Of a stretch of 56,545 nucleotides of DNA, positions 7,005 to 15,289 are shown one piece after another (positions within the stretch are counted from its first letter, which is position 1; each line of letters starts with the position of its first letter). A program made the position numbers and the translations under genes. This DNA comes from Candidatus Competibacteraceae bacterium (lineage in GTDB: Bacteria; Pseudomonadota; Gammaproteobacteria; Competibacterales; JAHEDQ01): positions 1 to 56,545 of the forward strand of contig JAHEDQ010000003.1 of assembly GCA_024641125.1 (NCBI GenBank). The letters run 5' to 3'. The notes under the pieces were generated by a model. The model worked only from the letters and a program-made list of their open reading frames with translations, had not been told where the DNA came from and ran no database searches.

Positions 7005-7574
7005 TTACCAGGCCGGGCGGATCTGAGGCCGCCAGTAGGGCGGCCGCATGGGCGCCACCCCGGGTGGCGCGCCCAATCCGTATGTCCCGTACCCTGGCCA
7101 AACAGGCGGATACGGCGACGGGTACTCTGCTCTTGGATAAATCGGCGTCCGGCTGTAGTTGCGCGGTACGGATGGATAGCCCGGCGTCGCAGGAACCCAG
7201 GATCCGGCACGCTGGCGGGACTGGAAGCGCATGCCGGCTGACCCGTGGACAGATGCGCCGACGCCGCCGGACAGGATCCCCGGCCCGGCAAACGTGTTGG
7301 GGCCGGAATACGGCGCCATACCCGGGTCGCTGTCCGTCGCCATTGCCCCGGTGAGTGCGTCCGGTATGGGTGTATAGGGCCCGGGCGGCGCGGACGGCAA
7401 AACGGACCAACCCGGAACGGTAGCGGTGACCGGAGGGCCCGCCACCTGCGCAGGATCGTCCGGCTGTGCCGCATCGACCTGTAGAATCAGCCCCGCCTGC
7501 AACAGGGCAAGTGCACAGACACAGGCAGCAAGTGCCCCACCGGTTGGGATTTGCTTTGCGGGAAAGCGCGTCAT
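7005..7574 (-). CDS. secreted or membrane-anchored Pro/Gly/Tyr-rich low-complexity protein
   Basis: The track ORF runs 7005-7601. The ATG at 7574 has GGAGG 9 nt upstream. N-terminal hydrophobic segment GGALAACVCALALLQAGLILQV. The remainder is P/G/Y/S-rich (..PGYPSVPRNYSRTPIYPRAEYPSPYPPVWPGYGTYGLGAPPG..PPYWRPQIRPAW). Confidence 0.6.
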   Translation of the reverse strand: MTRFPAKQIPTGGALAACVCALALLQAGLILQVDAAQPDDPAQVAGPPVTATVPGWSVLPSAPPGPYTPIPDALTGAMATDSDPGMAPYSGPNTFAGPGILSGGVGASVHGSAGMRFQSRQRAGSWVPATPGYPSVPRNYSRTPIYPRAEYPSPYPPVWPGYGTYGLGAPPGVAPMRPPYWRPQIRPAW

Positions 7575-7611
7575 GGTGCGCTGCCCTCCATCTCGAGCCA
7601 TGACCAGATTC

Positions 7612-10600
7612 TCATTCGAGGTCCTTTTTCAATCGAATCCCGCGGCGCCCACGGGGTGCGGTGACGCCTGGCCTTTCCGCCTGCCGCTCGGGCCCCTTGG
7701 CCTCATCGACAGCGGCCTTACGGATGGTTTTGGCTTTCCGGGGCTTGGCTTGGGATGGGTTTGCCGGGGTGCTGTCTTTGCCCCGTGTCCCGCGCCCCCG
7801 GGCCGTCGTTTTTACCTCGACCCTGGCTGTGTTGTCAGCGGGCGCTGCGGCGGGTTCCTGGGCTGAATCGGAATCTTCTCTGAGCGCCGACTTGCCGCCC
7901 CCGGTGGATGTGCGCGAGCGACTGGGCCGTTTGCGCGCCGGGCCACGCCGCTTGGCTTCGGCCGTCCCGCCCGATGGAGCGGAAGCTTCGGGGCGGGAAG
8001 TGCGCGCGGCTTCCGAACCGGTCGAGGCCGACGACGCATCGGTCCCGACGGGCGCTTGATCAGTGAACGACGGGGGCTGCCAGCCAGGCACTGCCGCCGC
8101 CGAACCGGCCGCCTGCGGGACGACCGCCCCAGGTGCATTGGACCCAGCTGGCGTCATCGTGGAATCCGAACCGCCGAACCGGCCGTACAGAGACCGCACT
8201 GCGCTGAACAACAGGATGAACACGGCGCGGACAAGATAAAACGCCATGCTCAAGACCGCGAGCGCTCTGGACCAGATGCTCAACCACAGAGGCTCGCGCG
8301 GGCCTGTGGGCTGAACCGCTTCCGGGGCAACGCCGCTTACATCCAGGGCGCCGCCATCCGGTGCGCCCCCGGGCATGAACTGCTTGGCGGCGGTGATGCA
8401 GCCCAGAGGAATCACCACCAGGGTCAGGATGGTGGCCACGCCGGTACCGAACAACAGTGAAACTGCCATGCCTTGGAAAATCGGGTCGGTGATGATGGCG
8501 GCCGAACCCGCCATCAGGGTCAGGGCGGTGATCAGAATCGGCCTCATGCGGGTGCGTCCGGCCGCAACCACCGCCTCGCGGATTTCAGCGCCATTGGCCA
8601 CCTCGATGCGGACAAACTCCACCAGAAGAATGGAATTGCGGACGATGATCCCTGCCAGCGCGATAAACCCGATCATGGAGGTGGCGGTGAATTCCGCACC
8701 GGTGACCCAGTGGCCGGGGACGATGCCGATCAGCGTCAGCGGGATCGGCGCCATAATCAGCAGGGCGACGTTGAAGTTGCGCGACTCCCAGACGATGAGG
8801 GCGTAAATCAGCAACAGCGCCGCCATGAACGCCAGGCCCATGTCGCGGAAAGTTTCGTAGGTGACGGTCCATTCGCCGGCCCACTCGAAACCACTCTCGA
8901 AGGTATTCGCCGGCGGGCCGATCAATCCCCAGGGCATGCCTGAGATGGTGTTTCCATCGGGTGTGGTGTAGTCGAGCAACTGATCCTCGACTGCGAACAT
9001 GCCGTAGATGGGCGCACCGAGGCGGCCCTCCATCTCGCCGGTCACATACTCCACCGGCCGCAAATCCTTGTGATAGATGATTGGATCGTCCGTCACGGCT
9101 ACGAAACGGCCTAGCTCGGACAGGGGCACAAAGCTGCCGTCATTCCCCCGGATCGGCAGATTGGACAAGCGGCCGAGTTGCGAGCGCACCGCCAGCGGCG
9201 TTTGGATCACGATGTAGGTCGGCTCCAGCGGTGCTGCCCGCTTTACATCGCCCAAAGTGTGACCGCCCATGGCCATGGCTATGCTGCGGTTGATGGCCTC
9301 CACCGAGATTCCCCGGCGCACCGCCTTCTCGCGATCCACTTCGAAACGCCAGTACTGTTGCGGATCGGCCATCAGCGTGTCCACGTCCACCAGGCCCTGG
9401 GCGCGGTCGAACATCCCACTCATGTCGGCCGCCACCCGGCGCCGGGTGGCGGCGTCAGGTCCATAGACCTCCGCTACGACGGTTTGCAGCACCGGCGGAC
9501 CCGGTGGCATTTCCACCACCTGGATCCGTGCCCCCAGATCCCGGGCAACGGGTGTCAGCAGGGCACGCGCAGCCACCGCAATCTGATGGCTGCTGCGCTC
9601 GCGTTCCGCCTTGTCCACCAACATCACCTGTATGTCCGCTTCCCAAGGGGCTGCACGCAGATAGGTATGCCGCACCAGACCGTTGAAGTTGAACGGCGAG
9701 GCAGTCCCCACATAGGTCTGCAGGGCGGTGACCTCGGGCAGCTTATTGAGTTGTTCGGTCAGGGCACGGGTCACGTTGGCGGTGACCGGCAGGGCAGTCC
9801 CCTCGGGCATGTTCACCACGACGTTGAATTCAGGTTTGTTGTCGAAGGGCAGCATCTTTACCGCCACCGACTGGGTGTAGAACAGCGCGCAGGCTGCGAA
9901 GGTCAGACCGATCAACACAACCAGAAAAATCCTTCGGAGCGTACGGTTTCGGATCAGCGGCCAGATGATCGGCTCATAGATGCGGACGATCAGCTGCCGG
10001 GAGCGCGCCTCACGGCGCTCGGCCTTTTCCAGCGCCGCCAGCTTGGGGCGCAGCTTCCAGGCCACCCACGGCGTGAAGATAAAGGCCGCCAGCAAAGAGA
10101 AAAACATGGCCGAGGAACCCAGCACCGGGATTGGCCGCATATAAGGTCCCATCATGCCGCTGACAAAGCCCATAGGGAGCAAGGCCGAGATGATGGTGAG
10201 GGTCGCCAGAATCGTGGGGTTACCCACCTCCCGCACCGCGTCCACCGCGATGCGGATGGTGGTCTTGCCCGCCAGCAACCAGCGGCGGAATATGTTCTCC
10301 ACCACCACCGTGGCGTCGTCCACCAAGATACCGATGGCGAAGATCAGCGCGAACAGACTGACCCGATCTATGGTGTACCCCATTACCCAGGCCGACCAGA
10401 CGGTGATCAACACCACGATGGGAATCACCGTAATCACCACGAAGGCGGCCCGGGCACCCAGCCCGATAAGACACAGAATGGCTACCGCGACGGCGGCCTC
10501 ACCCAGGGCGGAAAGCAGTTCGTTGACTTTGTCGTTGGCGGTCTGGCCATAGTCCCGGGTGATGGCAAGCTCGACGTTGTCCGGGATGAGTTGTCCGCGC

Positions 10601-11634
10601 AGCTGATCCAGACGGGCGAGAATGGCCCGGGCCACGGTGACGCCATTGGCGCCCTCTTTCTTGGCCAAGGCAATGGTGACGGCCGATGCACCCTCGGCCA
10701 TCAAGGCGTCCGCCGGTGCCGCCGGACCGGTGTAATACCCGACCATGTGCCGGGTTTCCTCGGGGCCGTGGAACACGCTGGCCACATCACGCACATAGAC
10801 CGGCGCACCGGCGCGGGTCCCGACCACCAGCCGGGAGATTTCTTCGGCCGTGCGCAGAAACGAGCCGGTGTACACATTGAAAAGGGTATTGCCCGACTCC
10901 AGGCTTCCGGCCGGTTGCTCCGCGTTGGCCGAGCGAATGGTGTTGGCGATTTCCTCGAGGGTAATGCCATAGCCGCTCAGGCGCTCCGGATACACCTCGA
11001 CACGGATCTGCTCGGCGCGGCCGCCGACCACGTATCCCTGCCCGGTATTCGGCACCTCCTGCAAACGCTGCAGAACGTCCAACGCCAGGGTGCGCATAGC
11101 CCCGTCGTCCACGTCCTGGGACCACATGGTCACGGTCACCACCGGCACGTCGTCGATCCCCTTCGGCTTGACCAGGGGCATAGCGACACCGGGGGGAATC
11201 TTGTCCAGGTTGGACTGAAGCTTGTCATGCACCTTGACTATGGAGGGTCCAAGCTCTTCTCCGACACGAAACCGCACGGTGACCATGGCGCCGCCGCGAC
11301 GGGTGGCGGAATAGACGTGCCGGACACCGGGGATCTCACTCATGATCCGCTCCAGGGACTCGGTCACCAGGCTGGTTACCTGCTCGGCCGACGCACCCGG
11401 GTACTGCACGAACACATCCACCATTGGCACCGATATCTGCGGATCCTCCTGGCGCGGCGTAAATATCAAACCCAGCACACCAACCGCCAGGGCCGCCACC
11501 ATCAGCAGCGGCGACAGCGGTGAGTCGATGAAACTCCGGGCGATCCGCCCGGCCAGGCCGAGATCGACCGCCTCGTCGATGTTCGACGCGTTGGGTTGCA
11601 CCGTCCCGATGTCTTTCTGGTTGTCTTCAGCCAT
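7612..11634 (-). CDS. RND efflux permease (AcrB/AcrD/AcrF superfamily) with about 255 extra C-terminal residues
   Basis: 1340-aa ORF. It has a canonical RND N-terminus (..FIDSPLSPLLMVAALAVGVLGLIFTPRQEDPQISVPMVDVFVQYPGASAEQV..) and a 12-TM body that ends near ..IPLGCITAAKQF (about 8376). After that come an extra hydrophobic helix (about 8196-8289) and a 186-aa basic disordered tail. Confidence 0.9.
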   Translation of the reverse strand: MAEDNQKDIGTVQPNASNIDEAVDLGLAGRIARSFIDSPLSPLLMVAALAVGVLGLIFTPRQEDPQISVPMVDVFVQYPGASAEQVTSLVTESLERIMSEIPGVRHVYSATRRGGAMVTVRFRVGEELGPSIVKVHDKLQSNLDKIPPGVAMPLVKPKGIDDVPVVTVTMWSQDVDDGAMRTLALDVLQRLQEVPNTGQGYVVGGRAEQIRVEVYPERLSGYGITLEEIANTIRSANAEQPAGSLESGNTLFNVYTGSFLRTAEEISRLVVGTRAGAPVYVRDVASVFHGPEETRHMVGYYTGPAAPADALMAEGASAVTIALAKKEGANGVTVARAILARLDQLRGQLIPDNVELAITRDYGQTANDKVNELLSALGEAAVAVAILCLIGLGARAAFVVITVIPIVVLITVWSAWVMGYTIDRVSLFALIFAIGILVDDATVVVENIFRRWLLAGKTTIRIAVDAVREVGNPTILATLTIISALLPMGFVSGMMGPYMRPIPVLGSSAMFFSLLAAFIFTPWVAWKLRPKLAALEKAERREARSRQLIVRIYEPIIWPLIRNRTLRRIFLVVLIGLTFAACALFYTQSVAVKMLPFDNKPEFNVVVNMPEGTALPVTANVTRALTEQLNKLPEVTALQTYVGTASPFNFNGLVRHTYLRAAPWEADIQVMLVDKAERERSSHQIAVAARALLTPVARDLGARIQVVEMPPGPPVLQTVVAEVYGPDAATRRRVAADMSGMFDRAQGLVDVDTLMADPQQYWRFEVDREKAVRRGISVEAINRSIAMAMGGHTLGDVKRAAPLEPTYIVIQTPLAVRSQLGRLSNLPIRGNDGSFVPLSELGRFVAVTDDPIIYHKDLRPVEYVTGEMEGRLGAPIYGMFAVEDQLLDYTTPDGNTISGMPWGLIGPPANTFESGFEWAGEWTVTYETFRDMGLAFMAALLLIYALIVWESRNFNVALLIMAPIPLTLIGIVPGHWVTGAEFTATSMIGFIALAGIIVRNSILLVEFVRIEVANGAEIREAVVAAGRTRMRPILITALTLMAGSAAIITDPIFQGMAVSLLFGTGVATILTLVVIPLGCITAAKQFMPGGAPDGGALDVSGVAPEAVQPTGPREPLWLSIWSRALAVLSMAFYLVRAVFILLFSAVRSLYGRFGGSDSTMTPAGSNAPGAVVPQAAGSAAAVPGWQPPSFTDQAPVGTDASSASTGSEAARTSRPEASAPSGGTAEAKRRGPARKRPSRSRTSTGGGKSALREDSDSAQEPAAAPADNTARVEVKTTARGRGTRGKDSTPANPSQAKPRKAKTIRKAAVDEAKGPERQAERPGVTAPRGRRGIRLKKDLE

Positions 11635-11669
11635 GGTTCAGCACCGCTCGCAGAAGTCCATCGACAGGT

Positions 11670-12908
11670 TCACTGTGGCCGGGTGCCCGGCTCACGCCGG
11701 GACCAGCTCGAACCCATGCCGGGCGGCGGGTTTGCGTAAATGCGCTCACCCACGCGCAGGCCGGACAGCACCGAAACCGTGCCTGTGCTTACGTAGTCGC
11801 CCAGGCGCAAAAGCCGGAGCTGCGTTTCGTTTTTTGCACCGACAACGAACACGCCGGGCAGGCTGCCGCGCCAAACCACCGCACTCTCGGGAATAGCGGG
11901 CAGGGTATTCATCGGGGCATTGATGTCGGGGATCATGACCTCGGCGTACATACCCGGGCCTCCGGGCACACCCTGGGGCAGGTCGAGCTTGACCCGGACC
12001 GTATGTCGCTCCGCATCGGCGGCAGGGAAGATCTGCGCAACCCGGGCATCTACCCGGGTATTGCCCACGTCAAGCCGCGCCGGCACCATCATGCCGACAC
12101 GCAGGCCAGGCATCAGGCGGGCCGGGATCTCCAGGGTGATCTGCAGGTAGCGGGTGTCGGCGAACTCCAGCAGAGGCTGCCCCGGCTGAACCGGATCACC
12201 CACTTCCACCAGTTTGTGCAGAATGACCCCGTCAAAGGGCGCGACAGAACGCGCGTCGCGGACCCGGGCATCCACCTCGCGCAACTGCGATCGGGCTGCT
12301 TCGATGCGGGAGATGGCCTGATCGATCTGGGTACCTCGGTTCACCAGATCCGCCTGACGGTCGAGCCAGGGACTGCCGCCGATGTTGCCCGGCATCATGT
12401 TGGCGAAACCCTGGCTGAACATCTGGTCGAACATGGACGGCAAACCCATGCCTCGGCTGCCGTAGATGCTGCGGCCCTGGGGCGAATACAGTTCCCGGGA
12501 ATACTGCATCTGTGCATTTCCCAGCGCCGCCTCCGCATTGCGTATCTCCGCCAGCGCCGCTTGGCGCCGGGCCAAAAGATCGTCGTCGTCCAGAGTCACC
12601 AGATCGGTCTGGGATTCGAACCAGTCGCCTTCGGCTCCGGCAATAAACACCACCCGTCCGGGCGACTGTGCGGTAAGGGTCACCTCCTTGAAGGGCACCA
12701 CCGTTCCGCCCAGGGTGACCGTGGATCCGCGCCGACTGGCCATGACGGTGACGATGTCGCCGCCGACGGCGGGCTGGGACACGGGGACAACCGGCGCGCC
12801 CGACCGGGCAATTGGCGCATCGCCCTCAACAGCCCGGCCGGCCCACAAGTACCAGCCCACCAGCACCAGTGCTGCAAACGCGGCCATTTTCAAGGGGGCA
12901 TGCTTCAT
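11670..12908 (-). CDS. RND efflux periplasmic adaptor (MFP/HlyD family)
   Basis: The track ORF runs 11670-13136. I chose the internal ATG at 12908 because it gives MKHAPLKMAAFAALVLVGWYLWAG and avoids overlapping the SCP2 gene. It has a coiled-coil hairpin plus barrel-sandwich pattern, and its stop lies 36 nt upstream of the RND start. Confidence 0.8.
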   Translation of the reverse strand: MKHAPLKMAAFAALVLVGWYLWAGRAVEGDAPIARSGAPVVPVSQPAVGGDIVTVMASRRGSTVTLGGTVVPFKEVTLTAQSPGRVVFIAGAEGDWFESQTDLVTLDDDDLLARRQAALAEIRNAEAALGNAQMQYSRELYSPQGRSIYGSRGMGLPSMFDQMFSQGFANMMPGNIGGSPWLDRQADLVNRGTQIDQAISRIEAARSQLREVDARVRDARSVAPFDGVILHKLVEVGDPVQPGQPLLEFADTRYLQITLEIPARLMPGLRVGMMVPARLDVGNTRVDARVAQIFPAADAERHTVRVKLDLPQGVPGGPGMYAEVMIPDINAPMNTLPAIPESAVVWRGSLPGVFVVGAKNETQLRLLRLGDYVSTGTVSVLSGLRVGERIYANPPPGMGSSWSRREPGTRPQ

Positions 12909-13014
12909 GTTGTTTTCCACACGATTGCCTGTCCCAAATGCAACGGCACGGTGCCGGACCGCGCTGTCACGGGCGCGAACGAACTCGCCGTTCTCAGGCC
13001 AATGGGCGTCAAAG

Positions 13015-13410
13015 CTAGACCCGCCCCATGGCGGCGAAACTCTTGATGAACGGACCCGCCATGCGCGGATCCTTGACCATGGCCGAGTAGTCACCCACCT
13101 CGAATTTGAGCTTGCGTGCGGTGTAGGCCATACCAAGACCCATCATCCCGGGCGGCTTTTTCAGCCATTTCTGCCAGTTTTCCGGCGTTGCCCGCAGGTC
13201 CCAGTTTAGGGCCTGGCCGTCGTAGCTGCCCGCCGCGACCGCGCGGCCATTCTCGATCATCAGAACCCCACGGGGCTGAGCTTCACCGTCAAAGCCGTAA
13301 CCGATATTGGAGTTGAACCCGATTTTGGCCAGGGCATCGGCCAACTCGGGGTCGGCATTCCACTGGTCCATCAATCCGGACATCCATTCGGCTGAAAAAA
13401 GATCCGCCAT
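13015..13410 (-). CDS. SCP2 (sterol/lipid carrier) domain protein
   Basis: 131-aa ORF with GAGGAGG upstream. SCP2-type pattern: FSAEWMSGLMDQWNADPELA...VLMIENGRAV...DLRATPENWQKWL...ARKLKFEVGDYSAMVK. No signal peptide. Confidence 0.7.
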   Translation of the reverse strand: MADLFSAEWMSGLMDQWNADPELADALAKIGFNSNIGYGFDGEAQPRGVLMIENGRAVAAGSYDGQALNWDLRATPENWQKWLKKPPGMMGLGMAYTARKLKFEVGDYSAMVKDPRMAGPFIKSFAAMGRV

Positions 13411-13696
13411 GGTCTTGTCGCCTCCTCAAACAACTGAACCAAAACGCGCCGGGACGTCGGTCGCCCAGGTCGTCATTCGCGCAAACGTGGTTGCGGCCAA
13501 TTCCGGACGTCACCAGGGGATTGGAGACAGGGCCGCCGAAACCATGGGGGCAGACATACTGCAGCAACCCGGCCCTGAATCCGCGCTTGGCCTAGAAATC
13601 CTCCTGGTTGATGTGCTCGATACGACACCGCGTCCGAGTCCGGAACCCTCCTGAGTCACCGTTGCGACCCGGGTAGCCCACTTTTTTTATTGTTAT

Positions 13697-13712
13697 TGCA
13701 AGCGCCGGGCCA
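13697..13712 (-). promoter_or_regulatory. candidate sigma54 (-24/-12) promoter directed at the SCP2-MFP-RND string
   Basis: The minus strand reads TGGCCC-GGCGC-TTGCA. The GG and GC dinucleotides have the canonical spacing (consensus TGGCAC-N5-TTGCW). An AT-rich tract sits immediately upstream, and a sigma54 activator gene lies 200 bp away on the other strand. Confidence 0.5.
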
Positions 13713-13840
13713 GCCAATAAACTGCATATTTTTCATATATTTACACGTTTCCGAACTGTTGCACCGAAACGCCGCGCAACCCCTGAAACCGGCAGTTCGT
13801 TTACACAAGGCCGGTGATTTTGTTAGGTTTTCGGCGACAA

Positions 13841-13875
13841 GCAACGGGTGTGCAACAGCTTTGCAACGCTGCAAC
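13841..13875. promoter_or_regulatory. four (T)GCAAC direct repeats spaced 11, 11 and 8 bp; candidate activator-binding (UAS) sites
   Basis: GCAAC at 13841, 13852, 13863 and 13871. There is also a GTTGC-N13-GCAAC palindrome at 13758-13780. Both lie 45-165 bp upstream of the candidate -24 element relative to minus-strand transcription. Confidence 0.3.
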
Positions 13876-13908
13876 GCTTTTGGGCTACTCAAAACCGGCC
13901 GAGGTCCC

Positions 13909-15270
13909 GTGGAAGCAGTTGCCATCGAGAGCGCAGTCGGGGAACTTCGCCCCATCGTTGACGTGCTGGTATCGCAAATAGACGAAGGAGTCATCCTGTC
14001 CGAACTCGGGGGGATGGTTGTCTGCAGCAACCCGGCGGCCAGATCCCTTTTGGGGCTGCCGGCTGGCACCCGCCTGCAGGACCTGCGCGACCTGGGCGGC
14101 CTGAATCTGCAACGCATGATCGACCGCGCCGAACGGGACGCGGCCACCCTAGGGTCGGTCATGTCCGAGGCCGGCTTCGTTGGGTTCGAACGGCCCCTGC
14201 ACATCGATCAGCAGGTGCACAGCCTCGAGTTCCGCAGCGGACAGGTACATCTGCCGGACAAACCCGGCGTGGCCCGCCTGACCATCATCCGTGACGTCAG
14301 TGATCGAAACCGGCTTCGTGCTGTCCTCGACTCCGGGCACCGGGGCACTTTGGTCACTCAGGACAGCCACACGCTGGACATCATCAGCCGTCTGCAACAA
14401 ATTGGCCCCACCCAGGCGACGGTGCTGATTCAGGGCGAATCCGGCACGGGCAAGACCCAGATCGCCCGGCTGCTGCACGAGCACAGCCAGCGTGCCGGGG
14501 GGCCCTTGGTGGAAATCAATTGCGCGGCCATACCCGAGACCCTGATCGAATCCGAATTGTTCGGTCATGTGAAAGGGGCTTTCACCGGCGCCCAGGAAGC
14601 ACGCCAAGGGCGTTTCCAGAGCGCCCACGGCGGCACCCTGCTGCTGGACGAGGTGGGCGAACTGCCGCTGCACCTTCAGGCCAAACTGCTGCGGGTTCTA
14701 CAGGATCACCGATTCGAGAAAGTGGGTTCTGACAAGAGCATCGAAGCCGACGTGCGGGTGATCGCCGCGTCCAATCGCAACCTGCGCCAGGCGTTGGACG
14801 AGGGGGCGTTCCGGGCCGACCTGTACTACCGTCTTGCAGTCATTCCCATCAACGTGCCGCCGCTGCGGGAACGCCCCGGGGATATCCCCTTACTGATTCG
14901 GCACTTCCACGGCCGGCTGGCGGCCAAGGGGTATTCCGACCAGGTACGCTTCGGGCCGGAAGCCATGCAAATGATGATGGACTACCCCTGGCCCGGCAAT
15001 GTCCGGGAACTGTCCAATGCGGTGGAACACGGCATCATCTGTGCGGTGGACGGTTGGGTGCTGCCGAGCAGCCTGCCACAGGACATCCGCAATGCCATGC
15101 CCGGCGCTAAGCTCGAAGCCGCGCATGAGGCGGAACTGGACGATCGTCGAGCCATAGTCGATGCGCTGGACGCCACCGGCGGAAACAGGGCGCAAGCGGC
15201 GAAGCGCCTGGGCATAGATCGCAGCACCTTGTGGCGGCGGATGAACCGGCTGGGTATCGACACAAAGTAG
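13909..15270 (+). CDS. sigma54-dependent transcriptional activator (PAS sensor, AAA+ domain, Fis-type HTH; no receiver domain)
   Basis: The frame is open from 13690 (TTG). I prefer the GTG at 13909, which is 4 nt after GAGG. AAA+ core signatures: VLIQGESGTGKT, GAFTGA, LLLDEVGELPLHLQAKLLRVLQ, RVIAASN, YYRL. C-terminal HTH: GGNRAQAAKRLGIDRSTLWRRM. Confidence 0.85.
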   Translation: MEAVAIESAVGELRPIVDVLVSQIDEGVILSELGGMVVCSNPAARSLLGLPAGTRLQDLRDLGGLNLQRMIDRAERDAATLGSVMSEAGFVGFERPLHIDQQVHSLEFRSGQVHLPDKPGVARLTIIRDVSDRNRLRAVLDSGHRGTLVTQDSHTLDIISRLQQIGPTQATVLIQGESGTGKTQIARLLHEHSQRAGGPLVEINCAAIPETLIESELFGHVKGAFTGAQEARQGRFQSAHGGTLLLDEVGELPLHLQAKLLRVLQDHRFEKVGSDKSIEADVRVIAASNRNLRQALDEGAFRADLYYRLAVIPINVPPLRERPGDIPLLIRHFHGRLAAKGYSDQVRFGPEAMQMMMDYPWPGNVRELSNAVEHGIICAVDGWVLPSSLPQDIRNAMPGAKLEAAHEAELDDRRAIVDALDATGGNRAQAAKRLGIDRSTLWRRMNRLGIDTK

Positions 15271-15289
15271 GCTGGATTTTGGCGTGGGG

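Noticed and set aside
9178-11523. Very long ORFs antisense to real genes: 9178-11523 (+, 781 aa), 24763-26286 (-, 507 aa), 33538-34776 (-, 412 aa), 41229-42809 (-, 526 aa), 36037-37167 (-), 12003-13046 (+), 28388-29308 (-), 32422-33504 (-), 6103-7026 (+), 2348-3247 (+).
   Set aside because: They are the usual stop-poor mirror frames of high-GC coding DNA. Their products are Arg/Gly/Ala/His/Pro-rich with no motifs, whereas the opposite strand encodes proteins with clear family signatures (RND, DppA, GcdH, FadE, GabD, and so on).
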